A stretch of 55,707 nt of DNA from Azolla caroliniana (Eukaryota > Plantae > Polypodiophyta). The notes beneath the pieces were generated by a model. It did no database searches. It saw only the letters and a program-made list of their open reading frames with translations, and had not been told where the DNA came from. The stretch lies in assembly GCA_043228905.1 (NCBI GenBank), contig JBHGNT010000193.1, forward strand, positions 1 to 55,707, read 5' to 3'. Position 1 is the first letter of the stretch; each line of letters begins with the position of its first letter. Below, piece after piece: positions 1 through 10,000 of this stretch. A program made the position numbers and the translations under genes.

Positions 1-855
1 CATGCGATAATGTTGATTCCCAAAGGGAAGGTGAAGACCAATGTTGATTGTGTGATTGGTTGTACTGCCATCCTTTTCAACATTTAATAGGGACATTGAG
101 CCAAACTAGGAATCCCACTTTATGGAAAATGGCATGATCCCCGATGTTGCTAACATGTGTAGGGGAAGTTGTTTTATTCGTGATATGAAAGCTAATACTG
201 CTCGTGCACTAAATGATCTTCAAGTGTCACGCCCTTGAAGTTGTATAATGGCTTCTTGTGTCAGCATACCTTTGGGTGATAGGATTCTAACTCTCGAGAT
301 TTCCTTGGAGGAAGGCATTCATTGTGCTCATCTAATGGAGGTTGCATTCCCTTCACCACGGTGAGTGCTAACACTATCCAAATGATCATCAACTCTTCCC
401 CATAAGAGCAAAGATAATATTGTATTCGACATCATGGGTTTGAGCATAAGCCCTTAGAACAATGAGGGAAACTTTTTACCGGTTCACAGTGCCACTAGAG
501 TTGTATACTTCACTTTGTAGACATGTTGACGACCAATAGGCTTTGTGCGTGGTAAAGACAAAACAAGGTCCTGTGCTTTGTTGCGTAGTGATCTTGCATC
601 TCTTTATCTATTGCCTTCACCCATTGAGGATCTTGGACCGCTTGCACCAAGTTATTCGTCTACTGCAACCTTCATTATGAAGGCATGGCGGTGTGGTTGT
701 TATAGACGAGTTGTGTCACCGATTGCTTTTGTGCTTTTCACAAGTCTTTCGTCACGCTAAATATCCTTACAATAGACATACCTAAATTGTCATCAATTTA
801 AAGGATCGAGCATTGTAGTTGCTTTTGTGCCTTTCACAAGTCTTTCTTAAATTTA

Positions 856-1290
<435 letters not shown>

Positions 1291-1433
1291 CTCGACTCCC
1301 TCCATCAATCGATCGTATTTCTTCTCCTGTCGTGTAGCAGATCGGCAGAACAGGGGGCCTCTTTTCTTCGCTCTCCCTCTCTCTCTCTCTCTCTCTCTTT
1401 TTCCGCTGCAATTCTCTCTCTCTCTCTCTCTCT

Positions 1434-1960
1434 TGCTGACCGTTACGTGGCCGTCATCTGCTGACCGTTACGTGGCCGTCATCTGCTGCCGCCGTCGTCT
1501 GCAGCCGCGTCGCCTGCTGCTGCCGACGACGCCGCCTGCTGTCGCTGCTGCTGCTGACGCCGCCGCCGTCGCCTGCTGCCGTCGTCGCCGTCGTCTGTCG
1601 ACGGTCGTTGTCGTCTGCTGCCGCCGTCTGCCGTCTGCCGTCTGCCGACTGTCGCCTGCTGCTGCCTCCGTTTTCTGCCGCTGACGTCTGCAGACTGCCG
1701 CCGTCGTCTGTCGTCTGCAACTGCTGTCTGCTGCCGTCGTCGTCTGCAACCGCTGTCAGCCGCCGTCTGCTGCCGCTGCCGACTGTCGCCGTCCGCCGTC
1801 GTCTGACGTTTAACGTCTGCCGCCGTCGCCGTCGTCTGACGTCTAACGTTTGCCGCCGTCGCCGTCGTCGTCGGTTCTTGGCCATCGTCGTCACCCGTCG
1901 CTGTTGTGGGAAATCGGTGCCCTTGTCGCCGTCGTTGTTGTCATCGGTGTCGACCGTCGC
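1434..1960 (+). repeat. CpG-rich degenerate GCCGTCGTCT-type repeats, probable LINE 5' UTR; starts with a 25-bp tandem duplication (1434-1458, 1459-1483)
   Basis: tgctgaccgttacgtggccgtcatc x2 followed by gccgtc/gtctgc repeats. Confidence 0.8.
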
Positions 1961-2105
1961 TATCACCTACACCTCTTACGGCGTCGTGACGAGAGAGTAC
2001 AAATGTGCTTCGACACTTGTACCTAGCGCGCAAGACATCGATGCTCGGCTAAGTTTTTTCTGCCCTTTTTGACTTTTTTCTTTCGTTTATTCTTTGAATT
2101 ACAAC

Positions 2106-2872
2106 ATGACTTCTCGACGAAACCATAAGGAAACACACGACGAAATGATAAGTAAGGAAGAATTTTTAGATGTCCTTAACCGGTTAGTAAAATTTGAAAA
2201 ATGGGCGAAAGAAATTGAAGCTGAAAAACAAAAAGATAAGGAAGAAAAAGAACTACTTTTTGCGGAAATAGCGAAACTTAAGGTAGACAATGTGAACCTC
2301 CGAAAACAAGTTAAGGACCTCGAGATATCTAGGGAAGATGGTGAAATATCTTCCCTAGAGGATATTAAGGACGAGATAAAAAAGGTTAAAGAAGAGGTTA
2401 AAAGTGATATGGAATTAGCTAAAACTGGGTGGGTTGATGTAGTAAAACGTAATATTAAAAAAGAACTAAAGGATGAAAACATTGTAAACACCACCCTCGA
2501 GGAAGAAAAAATGCGTCAAGCTCGACGCCTAAATGTACGAGTTACTGGGCTCAAGGAAGGGGCATCTCCGGATGAAGATGCACAAACATTAGGGAAAATG
2601 TTAGGGTACGAAGCCCTACCAATCACTAAAACCTGGAGGGTAGGGCGTGACACAACTAGGAAAACTCAGAATCTAGAATCGCCTTTTTTAAAAAGAGACC
2701 AATTCTTCGAGGCTTGGGCGGGGAGCCTATCTACCTCGATGAAGACTTGACCAAGATGCAAATTGAGCATCGTAAAACTTGTATGCCGCGAGTCATACAA
2801 GCTCGTAAAGAGGGGCATCGTGCTTTCTACCGGGACGGACGTGTCATAATAAATGATCGTGCCGCCAATTGA
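2106..2872 (+). pseudogene. LINE ORF1 (coiled coil + RRM-like + C-terminal domain) with a frame change near 2660-2690
   Basis: First frame gives coiled coil ...RRLNVRVTGLKE...WRVGR; the -1 frame (open 2660-2869) gives ESRIAFFKKRPILRGLGGEPIYLDEDLTKMQIEHRK...ARKEGHRAFYRDGRVIIND, the typical ORF1 IxxxEDLT C-terminus; TGA at 2870-2872. Confidence 0.85.
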
Positions 2873-2878
2873 CGGCGT

Positions 2879-5800
2879 GTGGCCCATGTGACAGATAATA
2901 AACTTAGGATCACTTTATGGAACTGTAACGGCGCACTTTGGACACATCCTGGCCGTCTAGAGGAGATTTTGAAAGTGTCTGATATACTTTTTGTAGTAGA
3001 AACACATCAAAGCCCAAATCGAGGACTGCCACGAGTTGACGGTTTTCGTTGGGAATCTGTCTTTAGACAAACCTCACGTCGACACACTACTAGAGGGTCT
3101 GGGGGGGTTGCGATATTATTTCGGAAAGAGATAAATAATAGGATAGAAATACTAAAGTCAGACCCAGAAGCCCATTTTATGTGGGTGAAAGTCCTCACTA
3201 GTAAGGATCAGGTGATATTTATCGCAATTTGTTACTTCCCCCCGAAAGGGTCCCGCTACAATATGGCTGGAGAGGCGAGTATAGTTGATGAAGGAACGCC
3301 ACATGGGCCTTCTCCATACGAACCTTTGTCGGATGACATAATCCGATATTCTTCTCAAGGGGAAGTCTTCCTGGTAGGAGATTTCAATGCGAGAACCCAG
3401 TCCCGACAATGCACAATATTTCAGATGGATAGAAACCTAGAAATGGTGAATGTCGACCCTTTAGCCTTAGGCATAACATGTACATCGAAGGATCAAGGTG
3501 CGGATGCCACAAGCTTTGGCCATCATCTGCTTGAACTTGGAAGCCGACACCAGATGATCATATATAATGGCTTAGCCAAGTGGCCGGGCTCGGAAGAGCT
3601 CACATGTTTCCCACATGGAGGAGGGGAAAGCACCGTTGATTATCTAATAGGACGCCCTGAAGCTACCCACATGGTTAGCTCCTTCCGGGTGGCCCCATGC
3701 CCCATTGGGGCAGACCATACCTTCCTATACTTTGAGCTAAAATGTGACACCTCCCACACCACCAACTCTAGTAAACCAACCCATCACACTATAATACATT
3801 TCACGCATGAGCTCGCGGACATCTACTCTCGACATGTTCAAGCCCATCTTTCCTCGTTTGATTCTTCCTTGCCTTTAGAGAACCTCACTACAGAACTCAC
3901 ACACATCCTTCACTTAGCCGCCACTAGTAGCTTCCCATACACGAAAGACTCCAATCATAGTAGAATAGGGTCTATGCCACAAAACAAGTGGTATGACGAG
4001 GATTGTAGAGAGTTGTATAGACAACTTAAAGTATCGCGACTCAGTGGTACTATCTCCTTAGTACAGGCTCGCAAAGAGATGCGCAAGATGACACGTCGTA
4101 AAAGACGAGCTTGGGAAGCATCTCAATATTGGGAACTCTACCATATGCTCATGAGTAGGGATTGTGCCCTTGCATGGAAGAGACTACGGGAACCGAGACC
4201 ACAAACACCCATCGAGGATCCCAATATTTGGCACACATATACCGAGAGACTCTACCATGTCCCGAACCAACCACCCATTCCAATGCCCTCCACACCTCGA
4301 CCTACCATGGGGACACTTTTCACGACCTCTAGGGTCACGAAGGTCATAAAAAAATTACAACATAGGAAATCCATGGACCACACAGGATTGCGAGCCGAGC
4401 ACATCATATATGCTCGAGAGTGCCTAGCTCCCCTTCTCACTCTAATCTTCAACCGCGCCCTCACCGAGGGTTTTCCACCACAATGGGCCATGAACACTGT
4501 GGCCCCTATACATAAAGGAGGGGACCCAATGGACCCAAATACATATAGGACCATTATGATAGGTCATACGCTTGCTAAACTATATGGTGCAGTAATGGAA
4601 GCGGAGCTCAGTGATTATATGGAAACATTAAGTCTTCGAGCACCTGAGCAGGCTGGCTTTAGACGAGCCTTCTCCACTATTGACCACATCTTCACACTTA
4701 GGTGCTTAATTGACCAAACAAAGGCTCGTAAGAAGAAACTATATTGTTGCTTTGTGGACTTTCGCAAAGCCTTTGATACAGTACCTAGGGAGAGGTTGTT
4801 TGATAGACTTAAGAGCTTGGAGATACCAAATGACATGATTTGGGCCATTTATGCCCTATATGAGCAAGTCTATGGGCGCGTAAGATGCCCAGGTGGCCTA
4901 TCCGATTGTTTCACTAGCACCATTGGTGTAAAACAGGGTTGCCCCCTATCACCGACTCTTTTTGGGATCTACATTGATGAGATCACTGATTTTATTGCTC
5001 GTAAGGGAGGCAAAGGAGTGGCTATTGGGGATACGCAAGTTAGTCTCTTACTCTACGCAGACGACATTGTCTTGCTCTCGGAGTCGGAACACGACCTACA
5101 AAAGCATCTTAATGCCCTAGATGACTTTTGTACACAACGAGGACTGGTAATGAATCTAGCGAAAACTAAAGTCCTTATCTTTCATACATCGCCCAGAGTT
5201 AGGAGTAAATGTCACCTCATCCTCTCTCATAAATTAGTTGAGGTGGTGGGATCTTATGTATACTTGGGAGTCACTTTTAGTGCTCGCTCAGGTAAATTCT
5301 CGATGACCCAGGCAGCCAAAGATAGGCTAACGAGAGGATATGCATCCCTCTCACTCTTAGAGAGACAATGCCACCAAGCATACTTTCAAGAGCCACGGAC
5401 TAAGGGATGGCTTTTCGACTCATTAGTGACCCCGTCCCTCATGTATGCATCAGTAGTATGGGCTCCAGGTCTACCATCTTTCATGTGGACGCAATTGGAG
5501 AGACCTTTAGTGGTGATGTTATCACGTCAACTCCGAAGCAAATCGACAGTACCACATGACATTATTAGAGCGGAGTTTAGCCTACCCCCGATGTTAGTAG
5601 AAGCACTCTTTCAAGTGGTAGCTTTTATTCATCGGATACATAGTCAACCACAAGATAGGATATCCCGTCGAGCCTTTGAGGCATCCCGATCCTTACATGT
5701 GTCTGGAGACACCAACTCTTGGTATAGCATTGTGGTGAGTTGGTTATTTGCAAATGGCATAGACATTAATAACCTACCTCCCCTTAAGTACAACCATGGG

Positions 5801-6625
5801 ACTGATCAAACTTTAATCTCTCGTGAAGATCGTAATAAAGTGATACGCCAAGAAATATGGCAAATCTACACTCGATACAAATGGATCACCCCACGAGAGC
5901 CACTCCCATCTAAAATGGTGTACTATAAGGAACACTTCTTGCACTTCTCTAAGTTAGGGTTTATTACACGACCAAGATACCTAGATACTTTCTTATCAAA
6001 TGCACTAAGGGTGGCCATTGGACGACTTAGGATATCATCTCACCAACTTGAGATTGAGAATGGTCGAGCTAATAGAGTCCCTAGAGAGGAAAGGCTATGT
6101 AGGTTATGCCACATAGAGATAGAGGATGAGTATCACTTCACATGCAAGTGCCCAACTTATGCCGAGATACGGGCGGAATACCAAGACATACTAGGACCCT
6201 CTCCCACCCTCTCCAAACTATTAGATACCCCGAGTGTAAAGAGACTAGGTAGGTATATCTTAGAGCTAAAACAACATAGGGAGGATAAATTACAAAGTGT
6301 TAATCATAACCCTTTTACTACTCATCAACATGTACCTAGTGTAATTTTTCAGGAACATGGGGAGACGATGAATGTGGATACACTTATGCCGCTCGGCCTC
6401 TCCCTTGAGGAAGCAGAAATACAAAGAGCAACCAAACGTCCTCGGATGTTGGGCTTCAACACAAGTCAATGTGGAGTAGAAAAGATTAAGAAGATAAGGG
6501 AACGTGAGCTACGTCGACTCGAAGCTATGGTTGGGGTACCTCTTACATGGGGACCACGGGCCACATCCACATCATGGCAACCCTTTGACCCCCCGCTTCT
6601 CTTCGAGAGACTTGGATGGAAATGA
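2879..6625 (+). CDS. LINE ORF2: AP endonuclease + reverse transcriptase + CCHC motif, intact (1248 aa from GTG; start uncertain)
   Basis: EN motifs WNCNG, ETH, GDFNAR, VDYL, GADH; RT motifs QAGFR, FVDFRKAFDTV, GVKQGCPLSP, YADD, YLG; CRLC...EDEYHFTCKC. Confidence 0.95.
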   Translation: MAHVTDNKLRITLWNCNGALWTHPGRLEEILKVSDILFVVETHQSPNRGLPRVDGFRWESVFRQTSRRHTTRGSGGVAILFRKEINNRIEILKSDPEAHFMWVKVLTSKDQVIFIAICYFPPKGSRYNMAGEASIVDEGTPHGPSPYEPLSDDIIRYSSQGEVFLVGDFNARTQSRQCTIFQMDRNLEMVNVDPLALGITCTSKDQGADATSFGHHLLELGSRHQMIIYNGLAKWPGSEELTCFPHGGGESTVDYLIGRPEATHMVSSFRVAPCPIGADHTFLYFELKCDTSHTTNSSKPTHHTIIHFTHELADIYSRHVQAHLSSFDSSLPLENLTTELTHILHLAATSSFPYTKDSNHSRIGSMPQNKWYDEDCRELYRQLKVSRLSGTISLVQARKEMRKMTRRKRRAWEASQYWELYHMLMSRDCALAWKRLREPRPQTPIEDPNIWHTYTERLYHVPNQPPIPMPSTPRPTMGTLFTTSRVTKVIKKLQHRKSMDHTGLRAEHIIYARECLAPLLTLIFNRALTEGFPPQWAMNTVAPIHKGGDPMDPNTYRTIMIGHTLAKLYGAVMEAELSDYMETLSLRAPEQAGFRRAFSTIDHIFTLRCLIDQTKARKKKLYCCFVDFRKAFDTVPRERLFDRLKSLEIPNDMIWAIYALYEQVYGRVRCPGGLSDCFTSTIGVKQGCPLSPTLFGIYIDEITDFIARKGGKGVAIGDTQVSLLLYADDIVLLSESEHDLQKHLNALDDFCTQRGLVMNLAKTKVLIFHTSPRVRSKCHLILSHKLVEVVGSYVYLGVTFSARSGKFSMTQAAKDRLTRGYASLSLLERQCHQAYFQEPRTKGWLFDSLVTPSLMYASVVWAPGLPSFMWTQLERPLVVMLSRQLRSKSTVPHDIIRAEFSLPPMLVEALFQVVAFIHRIHSQPQDRISRRAFEASRSLHVSGDTNSWYSIVVSWLFANGIDINNLPPLKYNHGTDQTLISREDRNKVIRQEIWQIYTRYKWITPREPLPSKMVYYKEHFLHFSKLGFITRPRYLDTFLSNALRVAIGRLRISSHQLEIENGRANRVPREERLCRLCHIEIEDEYHFTCKCPTYAEIRAEYQDILGPSPTLSKLLDTPSVKRLGRYILELKQHREDKLQSVNHNPFTTHQHVPSVIFQEHGETMNVDTLMPLGLSLEEAEIQRATKRPRMLGFNTSQCGVEKIKKIRERELRRLEAMVGVPLTWGPRATSTSWQPFDPPLLFERLGWK

Positions 6626-6827
6626 AATTAGGCCTAGTATAGAATCATTCTCATTGTAGAACATGTTTTTTTTATATAGAACATGTTTGTTGTTTTCTTA
6701 GAACTATTTAGCTTAAACTCTATTTTATCTTATTTTTATTTTTACTTTCGATGAATGGGTAAATATCCCATTTTTGTTGTACACCATTTGTCTCATGGGC
6801 CAATTTTGGCCTTAGAAGACGTTAATA

Positions 6828-6860
<33 letters not shown>

Positions 6861-7033
6861 CCTCCTCCTCACCACTGCTGCAGACACATACAGCAACAAA
6901 TCGACTCCCTCCCTCCATCGATCGATCAATATTTCTGTCCCTGTCGTGGAGCAGATCGGCAGTACTAGGCTTCTTTTTGATTCCCTCTGCTCGTCTTCGT
7001 CCTCCTTCTAATCCCCCCCCCCCTCTGCTGCGA

Positions 7034-10000
7034 ATGACGACAGAGCTGGTCCTGAAATCCTCGTGCTGTTCGTGCGGCGTTACATCAGACCTTTATGGTA
7101 GCTCGTGTAGGCACCTCACACTATGCCCCGCCTGCGGCAAGACCATGATCGAGAACGCCTCCCCGTGCCACGACTGTGGCGTCCCTCTCTCCGGGTTAAT
7201 CCGAGTTAGTCTACTTTTCTTGGGAAAAACCTTAAATTTTATTTAAATTCATTAATTTTCTCTCGTTGTTGGATTTCTTGCTTTGTATGAAAGCAGACAC
7301 CTTATGGACTGGTTTAGGCTTGCTTATTTATTTATGCATTATTCTCATATTTTTTTTCATTTTGTTACATTTCATGCCTAAAACATCAAGATTTGGCGAC
7401 CAAGACGTTACTTGGTATGAGAATCAGTTTCTCTCTTGTTGTGCTGTATTACTCAATTTGTTAATGCCCTCAAGGTAGCCCTGGGATTGCCCTTGATTGT
7501 TAGTTTTTTTCAGACTATTCTGAAAGTCAAGTTAAACTATTGGAGATGTCTCTGTTAGTGCTAAACACGTGATTGTTAATGTGTCAAGGTATTTTGTTGT
7601 AATTTTGGCCTACTCTCTCTAAATACAAGGGTTAAGCATAAAGACTCGGATATCATGGTTTTCACAGAGTGCAGGTTGTGCTATGATTTGATTATTAATG
7701 TCTTGAGGTGTAGTCTTGCAAAATTCACTTGGTTTTTAACTTCCCCTTCTCTCTGAACACATTGGTGAGAGCTAGAGCATAGCTTAAAACTTAGTAAAGG
7801 TATCATGGGTTGTCATAACTCTTGATTGCTAATGTCTCAATATGTCACCTGGCAAAAACATTTGAGTGTTTGTTTCAGCCTACTTTAATATAAATACACT
7901 CGATAAACCTAGGGATTTGGCTATCACAGGGCAAAACCTACTGAAAGTATCCCGGGCTGTGTGAACATTGGGTTGTCAGTTTTGGCCTACTCTTCCTATC
8001 GATAAACCTAAATTAGTGGTTCACTGATTAAAACCCATTGAAGCTATCCCATTCGTGCTGATATTTTTATGTAGCTTTGCCAACTACATTTGATGGTTAA
8101 TTTTGGCATCCCCTCTGAATTCATTTGGGAAACCCAAAAATTAGGAGTCTATAGGTTAAAAATAACTGAGGTATCATGGGAGTAGCCTTGTGAGTACACT
8201 TGATAAGTTTGGCCTACTATTTGAGCACACTGAGAAAACCTAAAAATAAAATTTTTTACTGTCTCAAAGTCTATTCTTACTGGATATGTAGCCAATGGTC
8301 GGAAGCTATGGTATCTGATGTGACTTGTATTGGAGCTTAAGAAAATCACAAGAAGTTAGACTTGTTTGCTAATTTCTCCAGGTGTAACGTTACCTGAAGA
8401 AGTTTGATAGGGGCATTGTCAATGTGTATAGCCTCCCAAAATTCTATTCTACATTTTACTAAAAGACGAGAAAATTTGGTGTCAGTGCCTTTAATTGTAC
8501 AGGGTAATTTTGCCTCAGTTTCCATTGTCATTGGAAAGAGGCAATGATTAGGTGTTCACATTTTAAAACTACTAAAGAATGCAGAGAAAATTGCTCATGG
8601 CATTGGAACACACTCTCCAGAATACTTGGGTTAAAGTAACAGTCTTACAATCCCTCAAGCTGAGTAGTATTTAATCTCTTCCCCTTCTTGGAGGTTGATA
8701 TGAAAGTGGGCTTTTTGTAACTAACAAGTACTTATATTTAACTCCCGAGATTGTTATGCAAATTAAATGTGAAAAAGAGTTAGAACAAGCTATCTTATAG
8801 TTATGATTATAAAATCAAATATATTATGCTCACAACTTCTGGAATCGGCATATTTCTCCCCCCATGACATAAGTTGCAGTTACATTGATCTTAGGCATGT
8901 AGTGTCTAGATTCATGGTTGAACCCCACTCTCTAGAGTGCTCGGGTTAAAGCAACAGTATTATGATGCCTCAAGCTGAGTGGTAGATAATCTTGTCCCCT
9001 TGTTGGACGGTAAGAAGGTGGGCTTATTTATGCAAATTGTTTATCACAAGTACTTATAGTACACTTTGGATAGTACTATGCAGATTTCATTTGAAAAAGT
9101 GTTAGTACAAACTGTATTATAATTATGATTATTGAAACAAATAGGTCATGCTGAAGACTTCTGGAATTGTTACATATTTCTCCCCCTTATGAAATAGATT
9201 GTAGTTCTATTGTGTTTAGGCAGGTAGTGTCTAGATTCTACACCAAAAGCACCCTTGAAGTTTCTGAATGCATAGAGATGAAGCTCTATCCTCCTTCAAG
9301 GCTACAATGTTGTGGCATTAAATGCCATGCCGCTTTGATATTTCTGAATTCAAAGAGATCAATCTCTTGGCTGGTTCAAAACTACAATCTTGTGGCAACA
9401 AATGCCTCACCCCCTTGAAATTTCTGAAGGCAAAGAGATGAAGGTCTAGGCTGCTTCAAAGCTATAATGTTAGGCAGATCTTAAACACCATCGGCATCCC
9501 ATACCACTGAATGTTACCTAAGATCATACATTGGATGAAAAATTCACAGCGGTATTGTTAAGAAGAGCCTTGCCACACCACTAGTGTCTCGCCGCATTAT
9601 GATAGATATATTTGTCTCCTCCCAATGAGGTTAGCTACGCCTCATTTTATGCTTGCACCTTAGGTCCTTGGGTCACCACATGTACTTTCCATGCATCATT
9701 ACCTTATGTGAATTGCCTTGACTTTTAATATACCTTTAGAACCATTAGAAATTTGTCCCTAAATAATGTATTAAGGTTCTGCATGTAACACAAATTGAGC
9801 TCAGAGTTAGGGATATAGGAATTAAAAACATGTGCCATTCAATAAATAAGTATAGAAAACCAATTCCATCGCTGCTATACAGATATGTTCTGTTTAATCC
9901 TTAACATGATTTGGCACGTAAAGTCTCATCCACATCGAACAAGGAATTTGTATTTTATCTGCACAACTCTGTTTACCTGTCTAGAGATTGTTGTGCTTCA

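Larger units (their letters stand above)
1433..6860 (+). mobile_element. Near full-length non-LTR retrotransposon (APE-type LINE, possibly RTEX-like)
   Basis: GC-rich repetitive 5' region (1433-1960), ORF1 (2106-2872), ORF2 (about 2873-6625), 3' UTR ending in a GGCCAATTTTGGCC hairpin and a (TTTC)n tail at 6831-6860. Preceded by (CT)n; no unambiguous TSD; 5' boundary and clade are inferred. Confidence 0.92.

Noticed and set aside
1-780. Possible TE coding remnant (also about 22500-23700 and 35000-36300)
   Set aside because: No recognisable motif or terminal structure.
1292-1370. Flanking direct repeat as the LINE TSD
   Set aside because: Too diverged and not adjacent to the element ends.
1433-2072. 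Arg/Ala/Cys-rich ORFs on both strands
   Set aside because: Products of the GC-rich repeats in the LINE 5' region; no domain signal.
2853-2891. ATG at 2853 or 2886 as the ORF2 start
   Set aside because: Both are in another frame and stop at TGA 2889-2891.
6755-7033. N-terminal extension of TFIIF alpha from ATG 6755
   Set aside because: Runs through the LINE 3' UTR and (TTTC)n tail; RAP74 similarity starts at ATG 7034.
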